From: an uncultured Actinomycetota bacterium | GTDB lineage: Bacteria > Actinomycetota > Actinomycetes > Propionibacteriales > Nocardioidaceae | Direction of reading: 5' to 3' | DNA length: 64,000 nucleotides | Assembly: GCA_963713255.1 (NCBI GenBank) | Contig: CAVQLC010000002.1 | Location: forward strand, 99,746-163,745 | In this document: in pieces, positions 47,797-57,607 of the stretch | How the letters are laid out: each line of letters opens with the position of its first letter | How positions within the stretch are numbered: the stretch's first letter is position 1 | The notes under the pieces: model-generated | Database searches by the model: none | What the model was told of the DNA's origin: nothing | The model's input: the letters and a program-made list of their open reading frames with translations, nothing else | Position numbers and translations under genes: made by a program

Positions 47797-49619
47797 CTAC
47801 CCGCTCGAGGAGCCGGGACCCGCTCCGGCGGGCTCCAGCGACCCGAGCTCCACGAGGTGGGCGAACTCCGCGTTGGCGGCCCGCACCTCCTCGAACGTGC
47901 CCTGCGCGACCACGCGTCCGGCGCTCATGAAGACCAGCTGGTCGCAGTGCCGCACCGTCGAGAGCCGGTGGGCCACGATGATCATGGTGACCGAGCCCTT
48001 GAGGCTCTCGATGGTCTCGGTCAGCCGCCGCTCGGTCTCGTTGTCGAGCGCCGAGGTGGCCTCGTCGAGCACCAGCAGCTCGGGGTTGCGGTACAAGCGC
48101 CCGGGCGATGCCGATCCGCTGCCGCTGGCCACCGGAGAGGCGGACGCCGCGCTCGCCGACCTCGCTGTCGAGGCCCTCGGGCATCGCCGCCACCAGGTCG
48201 GTGAGCTGGGCGCGGCTCAGGGCGTCGGCCAGCCGGGCGTCGTCCTGCTGCTGGTCGAAGATGATGTTGACCCGCAGGGTGGCGTCGAGGAGGTAGACGT
48301 CCTGGGGCACCACGGCCAGCCGCGCCTGCCACGCCGGCAGGTTGTCGAAGATCGAGATGCCCCCCGCGGTGACCGTCCCCTCGCGGGGCTCGTGCAGACC
48401 GAGGACCAGGTCGACGAGGGTGGTCTTGCCGGCCCCGCTCGAGCCCACGACGGCGACCGAGCGCCCGACGGGGATCCGGGCGTCGACCCCCTTGAGCACC
48501 AGCGCGTCCGGCTGGTCGGCGTACGCGAACGTGACGTGGTCGACCGCGATGTCTCCGCGCGGTACCTCGGTGGTGCGCTGACGGTCGAGCTGTTCGCGCT
48601 CGGCCTCCACCTGCATGCGGTTCTCGCGGATCAGGTGCTCGAGCGGCGGGCGGCTGAAGCGCACCCCTCCGAGCGCGGCGATGAGGCGGACCGTGCTGGG
48701 CAGGATCCGGCTCCCGGCCGCCACGAACAGGCCGAGGATGACGATGCCCTGCTGGGGGTCCCCGACGGTCGTCACCACGAACGCCAGGAGCGCGATCCCG
48801 AAGACGAAGACGATCTCGAGGAGGTACTTCGGCAGCTCGTTCAGCAGGATCGCCGATGCCCGGGCGTGCGCCGCCTCGTGGCGGGCCCGCCGGTAGCGCA
48901 CCACGAACTGGTCCTCGGCCCGCCGCAGCTTGATCTCCTTGAACGCGCCCGAGCGCCTGCAGGCTCGCCGTCGACGTCACCCGGGAGGCGGCCTGGTTGC
49001 GCTCGGCGGCGCTGCGGACCCGCTGCCGGATCATCCGCTGGAGCACCAGCCCGGAGATGCCGAAGTAGACCAGGGCCACCATCGCCGCGAACGGCGTGGC
49101 GATGAGCAGGCCCACGAAGATCAGCACGATGGTGAAGACCTCGGTCGCCAGCGCGAGGGCCGACCCGATGCCGGTGGCGAACCCCATCGCGACCGCCCCG
49201 TCGACGGTCCACAGCTTGTCGCCGGTGTTGCGGGCCAGGTGCCAGGCGTACGGGCCGACGAGGTAGCCGCGCAGGATCCGCGTCGACGTGGCGACCTCCT
49301 GGTCGGCCATGAAGCGCAGCTGCCAGATCCGGAAGAAGATCGAGACGACGTCCTTGACGATGAAGGCGCCGACGATGAAGCAGGCCAGCGCGATCACCAG
49401 GGTCCGCTCGGTCGGGTCGCCGCCGAGGAGGTCGCCGACCTGGCCCAGGGCTCCCGCGTCGACGGGGGCGCCGGCGATCAGCTGCATCATCGGCAGCATG
49501 GCCAGCACGCCGAGCATGTCGAGGAGCGAGATGAGCACCGAGCCGACCAACGAGAGCGCCAGCCTGCGCCGGGTCTCGGGCGCGATGAGCTCACCCATGC
49601 CGTCAGGGAAGCCGATCAC
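47797..49619 (-). pseudogene. ABC exporter, fused permease/ATPase (MsbA/type-I exporter-like); two frameshifts (about 48945 and 48105)
   Basis: TMD in track 48021..49619. The middle part in track 47243..48904 has VVGSSGAGKTTLVDLV (Walker A) and LSGGQRQRIGIARAL. The tail in track 47797..48132 has ELLVLDEATSALD (Walker B) and IIVAHRLSTV. Confidence 0.8.
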
Positions 49620-49659
49620 GCCACTACCCTGACAGACTCGGTGCAGGCCGGAGGCGACT

Positions 49660-50880
49660 TCACGCCTGGTCGAGGCGGTACGCCGCGCGAACCGTCTCCG
49701 TGAACGCGTCGAGCCCGTAGGTCGCGCGGGTCAGGTCGCAGGGCCCTGGCGGAGCGCTCGCACAGGTCGTGCGGCGCCTGCAGGGCGTGGACCAGGGCGG
49801 CCGCGATCCCGTGAGGGTCGTCGGTGAGCCCGGCGAAGAGGTCCGCACCGCCGACCCCCTCGGCGCCCACGCTGGTCGTCACCGTCGGGACGCCGTGGAG
49901 CAGGGCCTCGATGGTCTTGAACTTCACGCCGGCACCCTGGAGCAGCGGCACCACCACGGCCCACGCCGCGGCGTACTCGGGTTCGAGGTCGGCGACGTAG
50001 CCGGCCAGCGTCACCTCGTCGGACCCGGCCGCCAGGGTCCTGAGCGTCGACGAGGCCCCGACGCCGACGATCCGCAACCGGGCATCCGGACACTGCCGGC
50101 GCACCGCCGGCCAGATGTCGGTCAGCAGCCACCGCGCCCCGGCGTCGTTCTCCGCGCGAGCGAGGTTGGCCACGAACAGCACCGTGGGCGGGGGTCGGGG
50201 GGGCATCGGCGCGCGGCTGCTCGATCCCGGTCGCCAGCGGTGGCGGGACGACCACGATGTGGCCGGCCCCGCCCAGCAGCGCTGCGTCCTTCTCGCTGAA
50301 GACCCACGCCTCGTCGAGCGCGGCGACCCCCTTCCGCTCGTGCCGTCGGGCGACCCGGGCCGCCCAGCGCCAGAAGAGCCTGTCGACGAGCCTGGGGGCC
50401 GGCTCCCGGGAGAAGAGCTGGGACTGGACGTCGTGGAACGTCCCGAGCAGTCGGGCGTCCGGGTTCAGCCGCCGCACCCAGACCCGCGAGCCGGATGGAC
50501 TCGGACCACTCGAGGTCGATCGTGTCGGCCGCCCGCAGGGCATCGAGGGCCGGCCCGGGCCGGCGGAGCGCCGCGGCGAAGGGAAGCGACGGCAGGCCCG
50601 GGCTGCCACCGGCGCCAGCGACGGTCGAGCACGTCGAGCGCGCGGGCGCCCGCGCGGCGGCGCCACGTCCGGGGGCCGCCCCCGCCGACCACCTGGTGAC
50701 GCGTGGCGCGCCGGGCTCGGCGACGCCGGCGCGGTTCGTGGGGGTGTTGGGGACCAGGACGGTGAGGTCGGCCTCGTCCTCGAGGATCCGGGTGAGCCGG
50801 AGGAGGTACTGGCCGCCGGCGTGCGGGACGGCGTCGAAGGGGACCGACGGCGCGACCACGACCACTCGCTGCCGGCTCAC
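49660..50880 (-). pseudogene. GT4-family glycosyltransferase; at least 4 frameshifts
   Basis: GTG 50880 (V348 of track 50122..51921) gives VSRQRVVVVAPSVPFDAVPHAGGQYLLRL. Then LLGTFHDVQSQLF...WVFSEKDAALL (track 49731..50666). Then VLFVANLARAENDAG...VVVPLLQGAGVKFKTIEALLHGVPTVTT (track 49616..50206). The tail is LTRATYGLDAFTETVRAAYRLDQA (track 49660..49848). Confidence 0.6.
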
Positions 50881-50928
50881 GTGGCCGATTGTCGCAGCCG
50901 CCCGTCCCGGAGACCGTAGGTTGAGCGG

Positions 50929-52011
50929 GTGATCCGGTTCATGGCGCCCGATCTGCCGCACCCCAGCGGGGGGATCAAGGTGATCTACACCTACGTCGAG
51001 CACCTGGTTGCCCTGGGGCACGACGCGTCGGTCTGGCACGGCACCCCCGGCTTCGCCTACCCGTCCTGGTCGTCGAGGGCACCCGTCGAGGCGGCACCCG
51101 AGCTGACCTTCGCGCCCGGCGACGTCCTGGTGATGCCCGAGACCGGTGGCTCGAAGTGGAGCTTCCTCTCGCAGGGCAACCCCGTGGTGATGCTCTGCCA
51201 GGGCATGGACTTCGTGTTCTCCGACGCCGACTTCCTCACCGACGTCCCCGGCGACTACCCGGGCTGGCCCCAGGCGACCTCGGTGCTCGCCGTGTCCGAC
51301 GCGATCGCCACCTTCCTCGAGCGCGCCTGCGTCCCCGGCTTCCCGATCCACCGGGTGCCCGTCGAGATCGAGGAGTACTTCCGGCCGCTGCCCAAGGAGC
51401 GTCGGCTCGCGCTGATGCCTCGGCGCCGCCGCGAGGACCTGCTCGGGGCCGTTCAGCTGGTGCGCAGGTCCGGCCGCCTGGACGGGTGGGAGATCGTCCT
51501 CATCGACGCGATGACCCAGGCCCAGGTCGCCGAGGAGCTCGGCCGGGCCGCGATCTTCCTGTTCGGGGCGGAGCGCGAGGGGCTCGGCCTTCCGGGCGCG
51601 GAGGCGATGGCCGCCGGCTGCTACGTCGTCGGCTTCACCGGCGACGGCGCGAAGGAGTACCTCACGCCCGACTGCGCCGGCGTGGTCCTCGACTCCGACG
51701 TCGTCGGGATGGCGGACCTGACGCTGGAGGCCATGCACGCGTTCGACCACGACCGACCCGCGCTCCAGGCCCGGATCGACCTCGGTCGCGACCGCGTCCT
51801 GGCTCGCCACTCCGGCCCACGGGTGCGCGCGGCGCTGGCCGCCGCGTTCGACCAGATCACCGCGGAGGGCTCGCCGGCGCGGATCCGCCGGTCGGTCACG
51901 CTGCAGCACTACCAGGCGCACGCCCCCAGGTCCGGCGTGCTCTGGGGTGGCTACTACGCCGCCCGCCGAGGGGCGCGCACCGTGCTGGGCTCCCGGCCGG
52001 GCCGTCGATGA
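50929..52011 (+). CDS. glycosyltransferase (GT1/GT4-like fold, divergent)
   Basis: Intact 360-aa ORF: MIRFMAPDLPHPSGGIKVIYTYVEHLVALGHD...AEREGLGLPGAEAMAAGCYVVGF. The family call is weak. Confidence 0.55.
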   Translation: MIRFMAPDLPHPSGGIKVIYTYVEHLVALGHDASVWHGTPGFAYPSWSSRAPVEAAPELTFAPGDVLVMPETGGSKWSFLSQGNPVVMLCQGMDFVFSDADFLTDVPGDYPGWPQATSVLAVSDAIATFLERACVPGFPIHRVPVEIEEYFRPLPKERRLALMPRRRREDLLGAVQLVRRSGRLDGWEIVLIDAMTQAQVAEELGRAAIFLFGAEREGLGLPGAEAMAAGCYVVGFTGDGAKEYLTPDCAGVVLDSDVVGMADLTLEAMHAFDHDRPALQARIDLGRDRVLARHSGPRVRAALAAAFDQITAEGSPARIRRSVTLQHYQAHAPRSGVLWGGYYAARRGARTVLGSRPGRR

Positions 52012-52060
52012 AGGAGCGGGCGCTGTCGGTCGTGGCGGCGAGCGCCGGCTGACCCTCGGG

Positions 52061-52699
52061 TCACTCGCTGAGCGAGATGATCTCCATCGGGTCGTCGTAG
52101 TCCATCAGCACGGTGACCACCGAGTCGCCGGTGGTCTTGTGGTGGTTCGACCAGACCAGGTCGATGCCCAGGTCCCGGAACTTCTGCTCGGCCTCCGCGT
52201 CGATGTAGCCGCGCGCCCCGGTTCCCGACAGGTACGACGTCGCGCCGGCGACCTGGAGCTGCTCGAGGACCCGGTCGATGCCGGCGGCCACGGGCGGCTC
52301 GGTGACCACGATCTCGGTCCGGATGTCGAGGATCTCGCGGACCACGCCCATCAGCTTGAGGTTGATGTCGGCGAGGTGGTCGCCCTCGACGGCCAGGATC
52401 CGGTCCACCAGGTCGGGGCCGCGGTCCTTCCAGTGCCGCGCGCCGACGTACCGACCCCGGATGGAGTCGGCCAGGTGCTGCTGCCACCCGTCCTTGACCA
52501 GCACCGACGTGATCGGGATCAGCTGCGGCTTGCCGACCAGCGGCATGGTGACCCAGGTGTCCCGCATGGTCACCCGGCGCTGCACCCAGTGCTTCTGGAG
52601 CTGGTCGTGCACGGCGACGACGAACCGGTCGCAGTTGATCATCTTGAACCAGAAGCCCGACCAGGGCAGCAGGTCGGGCTGGTGGATCGCGACCCTCAC
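52061..52699 (-). CDS. WbqC-family protein
   Basis: Last 212 codons of chimeric track ORF 52061..53269; the GTG overlaps the upstream stop (GTGA). Reads VRVAIHQPDLLPWSGFWFKMINCDRFVVAVHDQLQKHWVQRRV...YLSGTGARGYIDAEAEQKFRDLGIDLVW. Confidence 0.7.
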   Translation of the reverse strand: MRVAIHQPDLLPWSGFWFKMINCDRFVVAVHDQLQKHWVQRRVTMRDTWVTMPLVGKPQLIPITSVLVKDGWQQHLADSIRGRYVGARHWKDRGPDLVDRILAVEGDHLADINLKLMGVVREILDIRTEIVVTEPPVAAGIDRVLEQLQVAGATSYLSGTGARGYIDAEAEQKFRDLGIDLVWSNHHKTTGDSVVTVLMDYDDPMEIISLSE

Positions 52700-53316
52700 C
52701 GGCGGACCTGGCGGACCAGGGCGTACTGCTCGGCGAACTCCAGCAACCGCACGTGACCCACGGCGGCCGCGATCTGACGCACGCTGTTGATCGGGTGCAC
52801 CTCGGTGGGGATCTCGGACTGGTAGGCCTGGCAGGCCGCGGTCTTCCGGTCGATGTGGCCCTGGTCGAGGGACTCGAAGACGTTCCACCGGAGGTCGGAC
52901 GGGTAGAGGTTCACGTCGTAGACCGCGATGTCGTAGACGAAGACGCTCGGCGGGAACCAGTGGGCCGACGACATCGACACCCGGCTGGACCGCATGCCGG
53001 CCTCGTAGACCGCGATGTGGTCCTGGTGCAGCGACGGGTACGGCAGGTAGACCTCGTCCGGACGGAGCTCGGCCATCACCTCGTCGAGGGCTCGGACCAG
53101 GTCGCTCATGTGCTGGGCGGTCTGGCCGTCCTCGAAGCCGAGGTGGCGCGACTCGGAGACGCCGAGGATCTCCATCGCCCGGGTGTGCTCGCCGGCGCGC
53201 ACGGACCCGCTGTCGGTGACCGTCACCACCGCGCACTCGTCGGGGTACTTCGCCATCAGGCCGCCACAACCCATGGACTCGTCGTCCATGTGCGGCGCGA
53301 TCACCAGTCGCTTCAC
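52696..53316 (-). CDS. PIG-L/LmbE-family deacetylase
   Basis: V15 of track ORF 52696..53358 (GGGGAG upstream): VKRLVIAPHMDDESMGCGGLMAKY...YPSLHQDHIAVYEAG. Confidence 0.75.
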   Translation of the reverse strand: MKRLVIAPHMDDESMGCGGLMAKYPDECAVVTVTDSGSVRAGEHTRAMEILGVSESRHLGFEDGQTAQHMSDLVRALDEVMAELRPDEVYLPYPSLHQDHIAVYEAGMRSSRVSMSSAHWFPPSVFVYDIAVYDVNLYPSDLRWNVFESLDQGHIDRKTAACQAYQSEIPTEVHPINSVRQIAAAVGHVRLLEFAEQYALVRQVRR

Positions 53317-53329
53317 CCGGGTGCTCCCC

Positions 53330-54412
53330 TCACTCCGCGGGAATGATTCCACGCGCACGGAGCACGCGGGCGAGTTCGGTCCACATGTGGTCCGCGTTGA
53401 AGCGGTCGACGACGTTGGCGCGGGCTCCGGCGCCGAGGCGCGCCGACTGCGCGGGGTCGTCGCGCAGCTCGCCGAGCACCGAGCGCCAGCCGTCGACGTC
53501 GCCCTCGTCGACGAGCCGGGCGTTCACGCCGTCGACGAAGTAGTCGGCCATCGCCCGGGTGCCGGTGACGACGACCGCGGCGCCGCTGGACGCGGACTCG
53601 AGGGCGACGCTCGACCCCGTCGGGTACGCGAGGTCCCGGGTCGGTACCGCGACGACCTTGGCCCGCCGGAGCAGGGCGCGGTACTCGGTCAGGGGCACCG
53701 GGCCGTGCACCCGCACGTTGTCGGGGACGTCGAGGCCCGCGAGGTTCTCGGGCCGGCACACCACGTCCAGCGTCAGCGAGGTGCCTCGGACCGCCTCGAC
53801 CAGGGTGGCGTAGTCGCGGCCGCGGTCCTGGCCGACGGCCAGCAGGTCGAGGTCGCGGGGGTCGTCACCGGGGGTGTAGTAGCGGTGCGAGACGCCGTAC
53901 GTCACCGGGAAGAGCCGGTCCTCCGCGAGCCCGGCGTCGACCAGGATCTCGGTCTCGTGCCGGCTCAGGTGGGTGACCAGGTCGGCCGACCGCACCCGGT
54001 TCACCAGGCGGCGCCGCTCGTCGGGGCCGGCGGTGCGCAGGTCGTCGGCGAGCCAGCAGGACCAGATCACCAGGGGCGTTCGGGAGTACGGCGGGACGTG
54101 GGCGCGCTTGAGCAGGCCCGGCAGCATGCCCTGACGCTCGAGCAGCGCCAGGACCAGGTCGGCGCGCCGGGCGGCCGGGGCACCCAGGACGGTGCGGGCC
54201 ACCGGGAGACCGGCCCGGTGCTCCACCACGTCGCGGATCTTGTCGGCGACCCGCCCGCGCGGGACCCCGACGCCGGTGAGCGCGATCCCGCAGTCCTCGA
54301 GCACGTCCACGCCGTAGGGCAGCCGGGACGGGACCTCCCCGGCGGCGTAGCGGGCGGCCCAGTCGCCGAGGTCGTGCTCGGCGAGGGCCAGGGCGCGGGT
54401 CACGCTAGGCAC
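53330..54412 (-). CDS. GT4-family glycosyltransferase
   Basis: Intact 360-aa ORF: LLAVGQDRGRDYATLVEAV...VVAVPTRDLAYPTGSSVALESASSGAAVVVTGTRAMADYFVDGVNARLV. Confidence 0.7.
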   Translation of the reverse strand: MPSVTRALALAEHDLGDWAARYAAGEVPSRLPYGVDVLEDCGIALTGVGVPRGRVADKIRDVVEHRAGLPVARTVLGAPAARRADLVLALLERQGMLPGLLKRAHVPPYSRTPLVIWSCWLADDLRTAGPDERRRLVNRVRSADLVTHLSRHETEILVDAGLAEDRLFPVTYGVSHRYYTPGDDPRDLDLLAVGQDRGRDYATLVEAVRGTSLTLDVVCRPENLAGLDVPDNVRVHGPVPLTEYRALLRRAKVVAVPTRDLAYPTGSSVALESASSGAAVVVTGTRAMADYFVDGVNARLVDEGDVDGWRSVLGELRDDPAQSARLGAGARANVVDRFNADHMWTELARVLRARGIIPAE

Positions 54413-55286
54413 CCGCGGGGAAGGCCCAGATGTCGACGTAGGGCACGGTCAGGTGCCCCTCGCGCTGCGCGAAGAGCCACGCCGTGAGGCTGCGCAGTCC
54501 GGTGCCCGTCGCGCTGCCGGGCTCGAGGTCCACCATCGGTCGGCCCAGGTTGTCGTAGACGCTCAGCCGTCGTCCGGAGCCCTCCAGCAGCCCGACCAGC
54601 CGCTCGATGTCGTCGCGGTCCCCCAGGGTCGCCACCGGGTCGTACTCGAACCACAGCACCTGGCAGCGACCGTCGATGACCGTCCAGTGGTCCACCAGCA
54701 GGTGGATGTCGAACCCGTCGATGTCGCTCTTCCACACGACGACGTCGTAGGCGTCGGACCCCTCGAGCAGGTCGGCGGGCGCGACCCACGACGTCACGCC
54801 GTACGACTCGTCCGCCGCGCCGCCCTGGAACCCGCCGGTCGACCCGTGGCGGGCGAAGGTCGTCGCGCTCCCCACGGGTCCCACGAAGCCGTCCACGATC
54901 GTGGCCCGGTCGCCGAAGTCGCCGAGGTTGCGCCGGAGGTACGTCACGAACCGCGGGTCGCCCTCGACGGCGGTGACGTCGATGAGGGGCGACGCGGCGA
55001 GCGCCGCCAGCGCGGTGTCGCCGACGTTGGCGCCGAGGTCGACGACCAGCGTCCGGCCCGCCGCCCCGGCGATCCCGGCCAGGACGTCGACCGCGTAGGC
55101 GTCGTACGTCGGGTCCCGGCGCTGGTAGAACGGCAGGTCGTGCTCCGGTGGGAGCACCAGGGTGTGGTCGCCGATGACGAGGGTCTGCTCCCGCCCGAGG
55201 GCGCGCCGGGAGCGGCGCGCCACGGGGTTGGCGGCGTAGCCGGCCAGCCGTGCCAGGTAGCGCTTCTTGCGCACGGACAGGGCCAT
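54405..55286 (-). CDS. FkbM-family SAM-dependent methyltransferase
   Basis: Intact 293-aa ORF: TLVVDLGANVGDTALAALAAS...VTAVEGDPRFVTYLRRNL...VWKSDIDGFDIHLL. Confidence 0.7.
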   Translation of the reverse strand: MALSVRKKRYLARLAGYAANPVARRSRRALGREQTLVIGDHTLVLPPEHDLPFYQRRDPTYDAYAVDVLAGIAGAAGRTLVVDLGANVGDTALAALAASPLIDVTAVEGDPRFVTYLRRNLGDFGDRATIVDGFVGPVGSATTFARHGSTGGFQGGAADESYGVTSWVAPADLLEGSDAYDVVVWKSDIDGFDIHLLVDHWTVIDGRCQVLWFEYDPVATLGDRDDIERLVGLLEGSGRRLSVYDNLGRPMVDLEPGSATGTGLRSLTAWLFAQREGHLTVPYVDIWAFPAGA

Positions 55287-55352
55287 GCGGGCGACAATAG
55301 GCCAGCGCGCGGGTCCCTCGGACCGGGACGCGTGGAATGGCCGGGCGTCCGC

Positions 55353-56366
55353 CTAGTGCTGGTGGTCGTGCTCGTGGTCGTGACCGGGCTGGGCGTCCGC
55401 GAGCTGGTCGAGGATGTCCTGGACCATGGTCTCCATCGGGGTCCTCGCCGGAGACGGGTCCGCCGGCGAGGTAGCCGTCCGCCCCGAGCAGCACGGCCGA
55501 CGGGCGTGCCGAAGCCCCCGAAGACGCGGGTGACGTTCATGTCGGGCTCGAAGAGCGTGGTCTCGGTGCCGTGCACCAGCTTCGGCAGCCCGGCGTGCGG
55601 CACGAAGTAGACCGCGTGGACGGCCACGACGTCGTCCAGCTCCGATGCCCACCGGTCCAACCGGGAGCCGACGCGCTCGCACGGACCGCAGCCCGGGCTG
55701 AGGAACACCAGCAACCGGGCGCGGGTGCTCGACAGCTCGCGCAGGGTCCAGCGCCGGCCGTCTGCGTTCTCGAGGACGCCGTACGGGATCGGCTCGCGGT
55801 CGTAGTCCAGGGCATCGCCGTCCCCGTCCGGACGCACGTGGTCCGGGACCGCGGAGGAGCGTGCGACGAGCCAGGTGAGCACGACCGCGATCGACGACGA
55901 CGCAGAGCCAGGCCACGTCGGTCGACGTGAAGTCGGCGAGCCCGCCGATCACGTCCACCCCGCGGGCGGCGGACACCAGCGCGACCACGGACAGCCCGAC
56001 GAGGAGGGTGTTGCGGGCCAGGGTCCACCCGTCGACCAGGTGGCCGCCCAGCTTGCCGAAGCAGGCGCACGACACCGGCGGGTCGAACGTCAGGGCGCGC
56101 GCGATGAGCAGCCAGTACGTCGTGAAGAGCAGCAGCGTCACGCCGGACGCCACCACGAGCAGCGGGCCGCGGGCCAGCAGCAGCGCGAGGCCCAGCACGA
56201 TCTCGACGTACGGCAGCGCCGCGGCCCCGACGGCAGGGGACACGAACGGCACCCGCAGCGCGGTGAACATGTCGGCCGTGGCCACCCGGTCGGACACCTT
56301 GGCGGCGCCGCTGACGAGGAGGACCCCGGCCAGCAGGAGGAAGGGGACCACGAGCGGCGCGGTCAC
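55353..56366 (-). pseudogene. MauE/DoxX-like membrane domain fused to a thioredoxin-like (CGPC) domain with His-rich tail; about 3 frameshifts
   Basis: Track 55353..56366 gives the TM part ([24 protein letters not shown]...SCACFGKLGG). Track 54944..55882 gives the Trx part (ARLLVFLSPGCGPCERV). Track 54400..55494 is a bridging piece. The tail is METMVQDILDQLADAQPGHDHEHDHQH. Confidence 0.55.
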
Positions 56367-57544
56367 GGAGCCTCCGCGAGGCCGATGCGCCCGGCATCTC
56401 CCTTGGCGAGCGAGCGGGCGATCACCATCCGCTGGATCTGGTTGGTGCCCTCGAAGATCTGCATCACCTTGGCCTCGCGCATGAAGCGCTCGACCGGGAA
56501 GTCGCTGCGTGTAGCCGTAGCCCCCGAAGCACCTGGACGGCGTCGGTGGTGACCTTCATGGCGTTGTCGGTGGCCACCATCTTGGCCACCGACGCCTCGC
56601 GGGAGTACGGCAGCCCGCGGTCCTTGAGGCGGGCGGCGTGCAGCGTCGCCGCCCGGGCCGACTGCACGGCCGCCTCCATGTCGGCGAGCACGAACGCCAG
56701 GCCCTGGTGCTCGAGGATCGGCCGGCCGAAGGTCTCCCGCTCGCGGGCGTAGGCGAGCGCGTGGTCCAGGGCACCCTGCGCGAGTCCGGTGGCCACCGCC
56801 GCGATGCCGAGCCGCCCGCTGTCGAGACCGGCCAGCGCGATCCGGAGCCCGTCGCCCTCCTCGCCCAACCGGCGCTCCACGGGGATCCGGACGTCGTCGA
56901 AGCGCATCGTCGCCGTGGCCGAGCCGGTGAGCCCCATCTTGCGCTCGGGCGGCGTCGGCGGCTCAGCCCGTCGGCGCTCGGCCGGGACGAGGAAGCAGGA
57001 GATCCCGTTGCGGCTGTCGCTGGTGCGGGCCATCACCTTGTAGAAGTCGGCGTGCCCTCCGTGGGTGGTCCAGGCCTTCGCGCCGTTGAGGACGTAGGAG
57101 TCGCCGTCGCGGCGGGCCGTCGTGCGCATGGCCGCCGGGTCGGATCCCGCGTGCGCCTCGGAGAGGCAGTAGGCGCCCAGCAGCTCACCGCCGAGCATGT
57201 CGGGCAGCCACCGCTGTCGTTGCTCGTCGGTGCCCGCGGTCACCAGCCCGAAGCAGGACAGTGCGTGCACGCTGACACCCACCCCGACGCTCGCCCAGAC
57301 GGAGGCGATCTCCTCGAGCACCTGGAGGTAGACCTCGTAGGGCTGACCACCGCCGCCGTGCTCCTCGTCGTAGGGCAGGCCGAGCAGGCCCGGTGCGACC
57401 GAGCAGCCGGAACACCTCGCGGGGGAAGCGCTCCTCCGCCTCGGCGCTCGCGGCGAGCGGCAGCAGCTCGTTGGTCGCCAGGTCGCGGACCAGCCGGAGC
57501 AGGTCGACGGCCTCCTCGGTCGGCAGGTGGCGGCTGGCGGGCAC
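56363..57544 (-). pseudogene. acyl-CoA dehydrogenase; at least 2 frameshifts
   Basis: Track 57185..57544 gives the N-terminus. Track 56464..57321 gives CLSEAHAGSDPAAMRTTA...LNGAKAWTTHGG...[21 protein letters not shown]. The own-read tail is [39 protein letters not shown]. The stop overlaps the next start (GTGA). Confidence 0.75.
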
Positions 57545-57607
57545 AGGTTTCCTCTCGTGACGTGGAAGGTCAGCCTATGACCTGGCCGTCGTGGGTGCCC
57601 GGGTCCG

